This document shows, piece after piece, positions 1 to 8,683 of a stretch of DNA of 64,000 nt (position 1 is the first letter of the stretch; the number at the start of each line of letters is the position of its first letter). The notes beneath the pieces were generated by a model. That model saw only the letters and a list, made by a program, of their open reading frames with translations. It searched no databases and was not told the DNA's origin. The DNA is from an uncultured Chthonomonadaceae bacterium (GTDB lineage Bacteria > Armatimonadota > Chthonomonadetes > Chthonomonadales > Chthonomonadaceae): contig CAWIEK010000068.1 of NCBI GenBank assembly GCA_963835065.1, positions 1 to 64,000 of the forward strand, given 5' to 3'. A program made the translations under genes and the position numbers.

Positions 1-101
1 CGCCTGAGCAGGAAACTGACAAAACCGTTCACATCCTGCCCCGCGCGTTTTGCCACCGCCTCAATTTTCTGCTCCAACTCGGGTTCTAAGATGATAGTCA
101 T
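1..101 (-). CDS. Small CopG/RHH-like antitoxin-type protein, 5' part (runs off window start)
   Basis: ATG at 101 gives MTIILEPELEQKIEAVAKRAGQDVNGFVSFLLR; near-identical to the 5' part of the gene at 1585-1800. Confidence 0.55.
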   Translation of the reverse strand, partial: MTIILEPELEQKIEAVAKRAGQDVNGFVSFLLR

Positions 102-150
102 CGTTCGCTCCTTTTGGTCTTCAGTCCTTTTCGCGTTCTTTCGCGCCTTT
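1..150. repeat. Direct repeat, copy A (copy B at about 1700-1850)
   Basis: First 79 nt match 1700-1778 with 2 mismatches; weaker similarity continues to about 150/1850. Confidence 0.9.
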
Positions 151-209
151 CGCGGTTCTCATCTCTCCTACTCGCCCAATTTGAGAACGGACAGGAACTC
201 TGTTGTCAT

Positions 210-905
210 TCAGGACGCCGCTACATGGTAGGCATAATTCAGGGAAGAAGCGAACTCCCCGCTGATAGCATCTAAATCCGCTTTGATGTCCGGGAAGGGC
301 GTACCCGTTTTCCCGTAATCAGTTTCATTGGAACTGGCAAACACCACTTTACGAACCATCCCTCGCGCTTGCAGTTGACGCCCAAGTTCCAGTGTTTCCT
401 CGAAAATCTGGCAGTCTTTCGCCGACTGCTTGCCCTTTTGGGACGGGGCGCGTTTGTCACGGACGCGCTGCATGGCGCGTAGATCACACTGATCTTGATG
501 TTCGATAACGCCCGACGCGGCAATAATCCGGTCGCAAGCCTGTTCCAGTCTTTCCGCGAACGCAAATGTGGTGACATCAGGAATCAACAGCGGACTGCCG
601 TAAAGATGCCGGTGCAGTTGCTGAAAATTGTTGGATTGAGAGCGATGTCTTTCCAGCGCCTTGAACAACTCCTCGCGGATGGTAGGTATATTATCGCTCC
701 ATTCACGGTCAAAGAGCGAGGGCAACACAAGCGAGAACGGCAGCGTACCGGCCATCAATTCAGTATCCATGCGCAGCGCAAGTTCCACAATCGGCATCGT
801 GTCGCGGAAAGGACTTCGGATTACATCCAGCAATGTACAGGTATCCAGAACAAGAATGTTCTTGTTTGCGGTGGTGAGAACATCGGCGAGTTCAGCGAGT
901 CGCAC
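210..905 (-). CDS. PIN-domain protein
   Basis: ILVLDTCTLLD N-terminus, KDCQIFE and FASSNETDY motifs typical of PIN-fold nucleases. Confidence 0.7.
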   Translation of the reverse strand: MRLAELADVLTTANKNILVLDTCTLLDVIRSPFRDTMPIVELALRMDTELMAGTLPFSLVLPSLFDREWSDNIPTIREELFKALERHRSQSNNFQQLHRHLYGSPLLIPDVTTFAFAERLEQACDRIIAASGVIEHQDQCDLRAMQRVRDKRAPSQKGKQSAKDCQIFEETLELGRQLQARGMVRKVVFASSNETDYGKTGTPFPDIKADLDAISGEFASSLNYAYHVAAS

Positions 906-1554
906 CTACAACATCCTGTTCTCGTGGAAGGCTTTGCCAATGTTTGGTCAAATCCACGCCGAGTTGGTACTCACGATATAAATCAGAAGCCACATCGCCG
1001 GGGAAACCCTGTTCCACAAGCCATCGCTGCAACAGTTCGGCGCTCAATATCTGCTGATCTCGAACGCTGGCCCCAATAAATGCAACCCATCGGGCATAAT
1101 CCGAAGGATAGGAGGAACCCGTAGCTTTGTTCGCTTTGACGGCGAACTGTTCGAGCAATTCCATGTTTTCAGGTGAAAGGGTGGCTTCAAGCAAAACATT
1201 GTCTGGTGACAAGGTGACATGAAGGTTGTGGCGTGTGGCTTTTTCCTGCACAACATCCACACAGAAGGCTTGAAGAATACGATTGTATTCTTCAGGAGAC
1301 AATTCGCCACGCGGCGGTATGATGTTGGTAACAAGGCCGGTTGTGTTCTCCAGGTTGACGCGCAAGTATAGAGTTGCCGATTTCAATCCCTGTTTTTTGG
1401 GTACGGTAAAAGCAAAATCCCTCACATTAGCCGTTACGGGACTGGACACCTCCTTGTTTAGCGTCCAGCCGTTCGCGCCTTCCTGCAAACTGTCGAGAAA
1501 CCTCTGCATGTCCTCCGATTTACCGGAAATGGTAAGGTCTTGATATACTTTCAT
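892..1554 (-). CDS. Hypothetical protein, operon partner of the PIN gene
   Basis: Long ORF; ATG at 1554 with GGAGG upstream; overlaps the PIN gene start. Confidence 0.7.
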   Translation of the reverse strand: MKVYQDLTISGKSEDMQRFLDSLQEGANGWTLNKEVSSPVTANVRDFAFTVPKKQGLKSATLYLRVNLENTTGLVTNIIPPRGELSPEEYNRILQAFCVDVVQEKATRHNLHVTLSPDNVLLEATLSPENMELLEQFAVKANKATGSSYPSDYARWVAFIGASVRDQQILSAELLQRWLVEQGFPGDVASDLYREYQLGVDLTKHWQSLPREQDVVGATR

Positions 1555-1584
1555 AACTTGGTTGCCTCCCAACTGTCCCGCTCC

Positions 1585-1800
1585 TCATTTACGTAAGCGT
1601 CTGCTTCCGCCGCTGTTTTGAAAACACGCTGCCCCGGCGCTTCTGCCAGAATATCCACTGCCGAGCGATGTACCGGACATGCTTTTTCTTCTCGATTCAC
1701 GCCTGAGCAGGAAACTGACAAAACCGTTCACATCCTGCCCCGCGTGTTTTGCCGCCGCCTCAATTTTCTGCTCCAACTTCCGTTTCAGCATGATTGTCAT
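1585..1800 (-). CDS. Small CopG/RHH-like protein (C-terminus possibly chimeric)
   Basis: MTIMLKRKLEQKIEAAAKHAGQDVNGFV pattern; paralogues at 1-101 and 38772. Confidence 0.5.
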   Translation of the reverse strand: MTIMLKRKLEQKIEAAAKHAGQDVNGFVSFLLRRESRRKSMSGTSLGSGYSGRSAGAACFQNSGGSRRLRK

Positions 1801-1850
1801 TATTCGCTCTTCTTGGTTTTAAGTGCTTTTCGCGTTCTTTCGTGTCTTTC
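1700..1850. repeat. Direct repeat, copy B (copy A at 1-150)
   Basis: Direct comparison with the window start. Confidence 0.9.
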
Positions 1851-1854
1851 ATAC

Positions 1855-2195
1855 AAAAGGACAGAAAAAAGTGCCAATTAGCGCGAAAAGAACGAACCTT
1901 TTGCCCAACGCAGCCGTCTAAACAGTAGAACAATGTCTACATACCAGATGTTAGACACACAGGAAGGGAGGTGCAAAGCTATGTTTCACCCCTCCCGTTC
2001 GCCCTGACGCCGCTGAGGTCACGACGCCTCACTCCTACAATCAGACACAACGAGACATCGGGCTGGAAGCGCTGTATTGCCAAGATTTCGACGATGACTC
2101 TACATATTCTTTCTTCTACCAACACTTTCCCGTCGTGCTTGCAGGACTTTCCATTGATAAAGGGCAGGCTTCCTGCTGGTTCGGGAGGAATTAAA
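1855..2195 (+). ncRNA. Dispersed structured RNA/micro-ORF element, copy 1
   Basis: GAACCT 1894-1899, N16, GTCTAA 1916-1921; SD GGAAGGGAGGTG; micro-ORF 1981-2007 MFHPSRSP*; 53-nt core 2044-2096 shared with three other copies. RNA status is inferred. Confidence 0.65.
1894..1921 (+). promoter_or_regulatory. ECF-sigma-type promoter GAACCT-N16-GTCTAA
   Basis: Both boxes and the 16-nt spacing conserved in all four copies while the spacer varies; resembles RpoE-class GAAC/TCTAA promoters. Confidence 0.7.
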
Positions 2196-2205
2196 TGTAC
2201 GGGAC

Positions 2206-4002
2206 CTAGCCGAGTTTAAGGACGGATAGGAACGCTTCCTGCGGGATTTCGATGCTGCCGACAGACTTCATGCGCTTTTTGCCTTCCTTCTGCTTTTCCA
2301 GCAGCTTGCGCTTGCGGGTGATGTCGCCGCCGTAGCACTTGGCAATCACGTTCTTGCGGAACGCCTTAACGGTTTCCGCGCTGATGATTTTGCCGCCTAT
2401 CGCCGCCTGTATCCGCACCTCGTACTGCTGGCGCGGAACCACTTCCTTTAGTTTTTCCACAATTAACTTGGCCCGCTCGTATGCCTTGTCGCGGTGCGTG
2501 ATAAATGAAAGCGCGTCTACCGGGTCGCCGTTCATCTGAATGTCAATCTTCACCAGTTTACTATCCCGATAGCCGCTCAACTCGTAATCGAAACTGGCGT
2601 AGCCTTTGGTGCGCGATTTCAACTGGTCGAAAAAGTCCATCAGGATTTCGGAAAGCGGGATTTTGTAGCGCAGCATCACGCGCTCCGGCGCGGGGTATTC
2701 CAGGCTGACAAACTCACCCCGCCGGTCACGGCACAGTTCCATAATCGTGCCGACATAATCTTTGGGCAAAATCAGCGTGGCGTCCACAAACGGCTCTTCC
2801 GTGAAATCAATCAGCGTCGGATTGGGCATATCAGCGGGGTTGTCCACGTCCATAATCTTGCCGTCCGTGCGATGCACCTTGTACACAACAGAGGGACTGG
2901 TCGCAATCAGGGATAAATCGAACTCGCGCTCCAATCGCTCCTGTATCACGTCCATGTGCAGCAGTCCGAGAAAGCCGCAGCGATAGCCGAAGCCCAACGC
3001 CGCCGAGGTTTCCGCCTCGAAACTTAAGGCCGCGTCGTTCAACTGCAATTTAGACAGGGCTTCGCGCAGTTCGGGATAATCCGCGCTGTCAATCGGATAC
3101 AGGCCGCAGAACACCATCGGCTTGGCTTCGCGGTACGTGCCCAGCAATTCTTTGGCGGGATGGGCCGCGTCCGTAATCGTGTCGCCGACATTCGCGTCGC
3201 CAATGGTCTTGATGCTTGCCGCCACATACCCGACTTCGCCCGTTCCAATCATTTGCCCCACGCGGCGTTCCGGGCCGAACGAGCCGAGTTCAATCACTTC
3301 AAACTCCTTGCCCGTCGCCATAAACCGGATTTTCTGCCCGCTTTTGATATGCCCGTCCACGACGCGCACATAGGAGATAACGCCCAGATACTGGTCGAAT
3401 TTGCTGTCGAAAATCAGGGCGCGAAGCGGGGCGTCGGGATTGCCCGAAGGCGGCGGAATTTTACGGACAACCTGCTCCAGAATGTCCACAATGCCGATCC
3501 CCGCTTTGGCGCTTGCCAGCACCGCGTCGCTTGCGTCCAGAGCCAGCACGTTTTCGATCTCTTCCCGAACGCGCTCCGGTTCGGCTGCGGGCAGATCAAT
3601 TTTGTTGATGACCGGGATCAGTTCCAGATTGTTCTGGTAGGCCAGATTGACGTTGGCGAGCGTTTGCGCTTCCACGCCCTGCGCCGCGTCCACAACCAGC
3701 AGCGCGCCTTCGCAGGCCGCTAAACTGCGCGACACTTCATAAGTAAAATCCACGTGGCCGGGCGTGTCTATCAGATTGAACTCGTACTCCTGTCCATCCA
3801 GCGCGATATAATGCAGGCGAATAGCGGTCATTTTGATGGTGATGCCCCGTTCGCGCTCCAAATCCATCGTGTCCAGAAGCTGCGCCTGCATGTCGCGCTT
3901 GGCGATGGCGTTGGTGGTTTCCAGAATACGGTCGGCAAGCGTGGACTTGCCATGATCAACGTGGGCAATGATGCAAAAATTTCGGATATGGTCTTGGTTC
4001 AT
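2206..4002 (-). CDS. lepA: Elongation factor 4 (LepA)
   Basis: [56 protein letters not shown]. Confidence 0.99.
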   Translation of the reverse strand: MNQDHIRNFCIIAHVDHGKSTLADRILETTNAIAKRDMQAQLLDTMDLERERGITIKMTAIRLHYIALDGQEYEFNLIDTPGHVDFTYEVSRSLAACEGALLVVDAAQGVEAQTLANVNLAYQNNLELIPVINKIDLPAAEPERVREEIENVLALDASDAVLASAKAGIGIVDILEQVVRKIPPPSGNPDAPLRALIFDSKFDQYLGVISYVRVVDGHIKSGQKIRFMATGKEFEVIELGSFGPERRVGQMIGTGEVGYVAASIKTIGDANVGDTITDAAHPAKELLGTYREAKPMVFCGLYPIDSADYPELREALSKLQLNDAALSFEAETSAALGFGYRCGFLGLLHMDVIQERLEREFDLSLIATSPSVVYKVHRTDGKIMDVDNPADMPNPTLIDFTEEPFVDATLILPKDYVGTIMELCRDRRGEFVSLEYPAPERVMLRYKIPLSEILMDFFDQLKSRTKGYASFDYELSGYRDSKLVKIDIQMNGDPVDALSFITHRDKAYERAKLIVEKLKEVVPRQQYEVRIQAAIGGKIISAETVKAFRKNVIAKCYGGDITRKRKLLEKQKEGKKRMKSVGSIEIPQEAFLSVLKLG

Positions 4003-4154
4003 GTTCAGCTTTCAGCAGAATTCGCAAGCGCAGGACAAGCAGCGCGTTTCAGGCATGGATTCTCCCTGTATTATAGCATAGCCGACAAATTACAGGCGGA
4101 ACGCCGGTATGCGACATTCCGCTCGCGCGTATACTATTGTTTATAACGGCAAAC

Positions 4155-4658
4155 TCAAGACAGAGAAGCAAGAAAAGCGGGAAGGTCGGCAGGGGCAATT
4201 GTTTCGGGGTTGAGGGTTTTCAAACCTTCTGATTCGGCGGCGCGAAGCAGGCGATTATCGGCAGCAACCAGTACGCATATCGGCTCGTCTGCGGACACAA
4301 ACTCGGCGTAGCGCAGATAAGCGGCAAGGATCGCGGCATCGGTGGAATTGATATTATGGGCGTCTGATAGCGCGATCCCTGCAAGTATGTCTTCGTCAAG
4401 AGTGGACAGCAGGGTAAATCGGTTGCTGTTCAGAACGTCGTCTTCCAGCAACAGGCGCGCATCTGTGTAATCTTGCTGCGACAACTGGCGGTTGTTCCGT
4501 TTTCGACGCAGGATGGCGGCGGTTTCCGCGTAACAAATATAGGCTATCGCCATGTCAGGAACAGGTGTTAAGTCGAAAATAGCTTCAACAGTCAAATCGC
4601 CGGCTTCAGGAGCATACTTTTTGCCAAAACCGCTGGAATCCCACAGCAATACAGCCAT
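4155..4658 (-). CDS. VapC-like PIN toxin
   Basis: LLWDSSGFGKKY, AETAAILRRK and DAAILAA PIN motifs; directly downstream of a small gene. Confidence 0.8.
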   Translation of the reverse strand: MAVLLWDSSGFGKKYAPEAGDLTVEAIFDLTPVPDMAIAYICYAETAAILRRKRNNRQLSQQDYTDARLLLEDDVLNSNRFTLLSTLDEDILAGIALSDAHNINSTDAAILAAYLRYAEFVSADEPICVLVAADNRLLRAAESEGLKTLNPETIAPADLPAFLASLS

Positions 4659-4661
4659 CGT

Positions 4662-4955
4662 TTATTCCTCTTTGTTCTGCTCGTCCAGCTTGCTCTGTTC
4701 ATCCAGTTGGCGCATATACTCGTCCTGATCGTAATCATCGCCATAGCGCATGCGCAGCAATTCGCTGGTGAAGATTTTGTCTTCAGGACGAACGCCGTTG
4801 GCAATCATACGCTCTCTGAGTTGCGTTGTGGTGATTGTCGGCTTACCGGAAATACCTGCGCGGGCGTTGACTTCCCGCGCGATACGCCGTAGTTCCGCCT
4901 GCTTTTCTTCACTGGGAATCTGCGGCGATACTCTCTTTGTAGAAGAAGTAGTCAT
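4662..4955 (-). CDS. Putative antitoxin
   Basis: 97-aa ORF with acidic tail, 3 nt upstream of the PIN gene. Confidence 0.6.
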   Translation of the reverse strand: MTTSSTKRVSPQIPSEEKQAELRRIAREVNARAGISGKPTITTTQLRERMIANGVRPEDKIFTSELLRMRYGDDYDQDEYMRQLDEQSKLDEQNKEE

Positions 4956-5068
4956 TCTGTTTCTCCCTGTACTGCATCGGTCACAAGGGCGCGATATTGT
5001 ACGCTGTCGCCGATGTCGTGTTGTATTGTTATTATAGCACAGGACGAGCTTTAGGAAGCGGCGGCGTT

Positions 5069-5983
5069 TCAGGGCGTGGATTCGTGGGCGGGATGGAGAA
5101 GTTCGCGCGGGGCGGGGTCGGAACAGTCGTCAACGGAGCGCAACAGCCCCGCGCCCGTTTCCGGTTCCATTGCGCTTGCCCGGAGCAGGGTGTGGTTGGC
5201 GGTGTCGTAGACGGCGCGAGCTTCGAGCAGGGGCAGGCAATGCTGCGCGGCGCGTAAGACCTGCGGGTCTACGCGGGCGCGTCCGTTCCCGTTTGCCAGC
5301 CGCGTCACCGGGCCAATGGAACGGCCATCCCCTATTTTCTCCAAAGCCCCCAACAGCAAGACCACCAGGTCGGTGTTCACATCGTCGAGGGCGAGATGCA
5401 GGGATTGGCGGTGCGCGTCCGTGAACAGCACGGCATCAGCGGGTGTGAGCAAGGGCAGCAGTTCCTTCAAAGCGCGTTGTGGAATTCCCTGCATGTCGGC
5501 GTAACGCATCGCTTCCAACAGCGGGCCAATCGCGCGGACGTCCGATTCAGGAATGTTGGCGACCAGCACAGTCATTTGCCCGTGCAGTCCGCTTCCTATG
5601 CCCATCACGCCGACCGCACAGGCCGCCAGCCATTCAAACGGCGCAAGCAATGTGTCAATCAGCCCGCCATTGACCATCATTGCCACGCCCGCGACAAGCG
5701 CCGTCCCGCCCGTCAGCGCAAACGCGCGCAGGCAAAACTTACGCTGCCGCCACTTGCGCTTGAAGTCAATCAGCAGCCGGTTGAGCAGTTCCTGTTCCCG
5801 CTCCCATCGCGCCTGCTGCTGCTGAAGCGCCACGTGAGCCAGTATCGGCTCCGATTCCGCCTGTAATGGTTCCGCTTCCACGCGCTCAGAAGCATCATTC
5901 CGCTCACCCTGCAAGATATGCGCGAACACCTCCAAGTCTGCAGCGGTGACAGTCGGCGTGTCTTCCAAGATTATGTTCGGCAT
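5069..5983 (-). CDS. Membrane protein with HEAT-like repeats
   Basis: Two hydrophobic segments, then DVRAIGPLLEA and ALEKIGDGRSIGPV HEAT-like repeats. Confidence 0.7.
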   Translation of the reverse strand: MPNIILEDTPTVTAADLEVFAHILQGERNDASERVEAEPLQAESEPILAHVALQQQQARWEREQELLNRLLIDFKRKWRQRKFCLRAFALTGGTALVAGVAMMVNGGLIDTLLAPFEWLAACAVGVMGIGSGLHGQMTVLVANIPESDVRAIGPLLEAMRYADMQGIPQRALKELLPLLTPADAVLFTDAHRQSLHLALDDVNTDLVVLLLGALEKIGDGRSIGPVTRLANGNGRARVDPQVLRAAQHCLPLLEARAVYDTANHTLLRASAMEPETGAGLLRSVDDCSDPAPRELLHPAHESTP

Positions 5984-8683
5984 GTCTACTCCTCAAGCCG
6001 GTCGTTTCGCTTCTTCTGCCAGCCTCCCAACCCTTCTCAACCTGTTCATGCAGATGTTTCAAATAAGCGCGTTGGTTCGGAGGACGACCAACCTCAGAAG
6101 CGGCTTTATGCAAATGTCGCAGCGTTTCATCGTCACCAAGCTGCTGAAGAGCCTGCCCATACTGCCATGTTGACGTCAACTGATCTGCCGGAGTCTCCAA
6201 GACATACTGAAGATACTGACGCGCCAGCATGATGCGGCGGCGCTCCTTTATCGTTTCGTTCGCCGCGCCACGCACATTCGCTTCTCGGTCGTGCCGCGCC
6301 AGTTTGTAAAGCGCTTGGAACGCGGCCTCATCTGCAAGCCATGCCGCCGCTTCTATCCCGCATCCCCGCTCATGTACGTTTTCGCTGTCAAGCAGACGTT
6401 TCGCTTCCATACGAAGACGCGGCAGGTCAATTTCTGCCAGAGTGCGAGCCGCAATGCGTCGGATGTGGTAAACGCCGTCCGTCAGAAACTGCGCAAGTGT
6501 ATCCGCAGCCTCCGCAGCCTCCAATCCCCGGTAGGCTTTAACAACAGCCTCCCTTGCAGTGGCAGGCCAGTTGAAAACATCCTTAAACGGAAATTCTTGT
6601 ACAAACCGCTCAGGAGCAACCCGCCGCAATGTCCACAAAGTCTCTGTTTCGGCCTGAAAAGGTTTGTTGATAGGGTGTGCGCGTCTGCTCAGTGCGTCAA
6701 GGATTGCGGGTGAAGCGTTTTCTGCGCTTAACTGCGCGAACACCTGTATTGCTTCCCCATAACTCCTATTCTCGATAAGATCGCACACTGCCGAAGTAAA
6801 CTCTTCAGGATGGTTGCAAAACAGAAGCCCCAGGATGAAGGCTTCGCGGTCGGTTAAAGGGCGTGTCACCTTCCATGCAGTCTGTTCAGCAGACTCAAGA
6901 CCAAGTTCGTTTAACAAGTTATGGTGAGTATGTAGGGTTCCCCACCGCGCAAGAACTTCCATCGCTTCAACGGCGTTCCGCTCTGATCCACCTGCCAACT
7001 TCAGCAGCAATGCCTCTGTTCTTTCATCTTTATCAAAGCCGCCTAAAGCGGGAAGCAAATAATGCAGATAAAGAGGATCCTCTTGAAGCAGTCACGACAC
7101 AGCAAAGCAAACACTCGCTCACGATAAGGCGTAACCAGAGCGGGCGCTGTAAACATCACCTGCTGTAATGCGAACGCGCAGGAAATCCAACAATGCGGCA
7201 TTGCTGCTGGGCTTTGCTCCAAACAATCAATTAAGGGAGCAGCATCCTGCATTGTCAATACGCAGGCGATAAAGGCTTCCCCATGTTCTAATGGAGTCGT
7301 GGCGGCAATACTTACATCAGGTTTTCCATACTTAAAAGAAACCTGACTGTCTGTTAAAGCCTGAAATGCTTCTTTCGTGCCGATACTGCCAAGTGCCCGC
7401 AGAGCCGCTAAACCCGGCTCAGTATGTATCCCCCCCGGTTCGCGCCAGTCCGTGCGCTTAATGATATTGTGCAAATTTGGAACAGCTTCGGTAACGCGCA
7501 GGAAGCCAGCCAAGCGGCATATATCGGCAAGAGTAAAGGGACTGGTTTCGTTGAACGCTTCGACAAGCCACTGCCTTGCTTCCGACAAGTCAAGACGCAG
7601 GACAATGTTCCAGCTATGCTCCTTAATTAAAGTGAGTTGTGTCTGCCAAGCCCCTTTGTTATCAGTGTCTAAAACGGCATCCTGATGAAGACATTCAATT
7701 ACCTTGTTCCGCGTGTCAGCATCCGCACGGTTCAGGCTTGTGGACATTGCTGCAAGTTGCTGCGGTTGCTCCAGATCGCTGAGACGTAGATACGGATGGT
7801 AATGGTTACTCATCCGGCCCTGTTCACGTAAATGTTCCGGCGCGTCAGGCTCCAGGCGATGCAGGAAGAAATCTACTACGCGGCCATCATCTATTCCGCG
7901 AGTAATTTCTGACGCTAATTTAAGAGCATTGTAGAGAGCATCAACACCATTCTCCGATCTACCCGCATACTGAATTATCGTGTCCCACACGGCAGAGGCA
8001 ACTTCCGGGTGTGTCTGCGCTGTATCGGAAAGAACATACAACACAGTCTGAAGTTCGGTTTTCGTGTCCGACGAGAACTTGGCGCGAAGCAGGCAATCTT
8101 GAAAATATGGCAGCAGTTTCAAGGAGGCAAGGTGACTTCCACAACGCAGGACAAGTTCCGGTATAACGTCAACTTGCTCCAATACTTTCTGAATTGTCTC
8201 TTCGAGGAAAGCGCGGTCTGAATATCCAAGCCATGCCAGCCCCCACAAGGCGATATATTTGGTTTGCTCATCCGGCGGAGCGGTAACGAAGGCCAGAAGT
8301 TTGCGCTGCAACGCCTCATCCCGATAACCGATGAAGATGAACGTCCAGAGAACATTTTGCACCCGGATAGTGTCTGGTTTATCCAGTTCAGGAAGAAGGC
8401 GGCATATAACATCGTCACGCTTGTGTGGATTTTCCTTCAGCCAGCGTTTGAGCAAGCCATGAATGAAGTGACCCTCATAACCCGAACGTAAAGCACACTG
8501 CTCCAGCAGTTCGTTTTCAAAATCAGGGTACTCCAAATCCCATAGACGATCCAAGCCGGACGAAAGAACGCGCCAGCGCGTATCTTCGTCGTACTCGTCT
8601 GCCCTGTGAAGAAGCGTCAGCACTTCTTCCGGTTTTTTGGCTGCGCGTATTTCGTTGTGAATGTCAGACCATGTTTCGTTCAT
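5904..8683 (-). CDS. Large HEAT-repeat protein (~900 aa), split by an apparent frameshift near 7093; true stop probably near 5986
   Basis: ORFs 7043-8683 and 5904-7058 join by a one-base shift (..CRD / LLQEDPLYLHYLLPALGG..); HEAT motifs LAALRALGSIGTKEA, YHIRRIAARTLAEI, DREANVRGAA. Confidence 0.65.

Noticed and set aside
7080..7100. Programmed ribosomal frameshift in the HEAT gene
   Set aside because: No slippery heptamer seen, and similar indels occur throughout the window.
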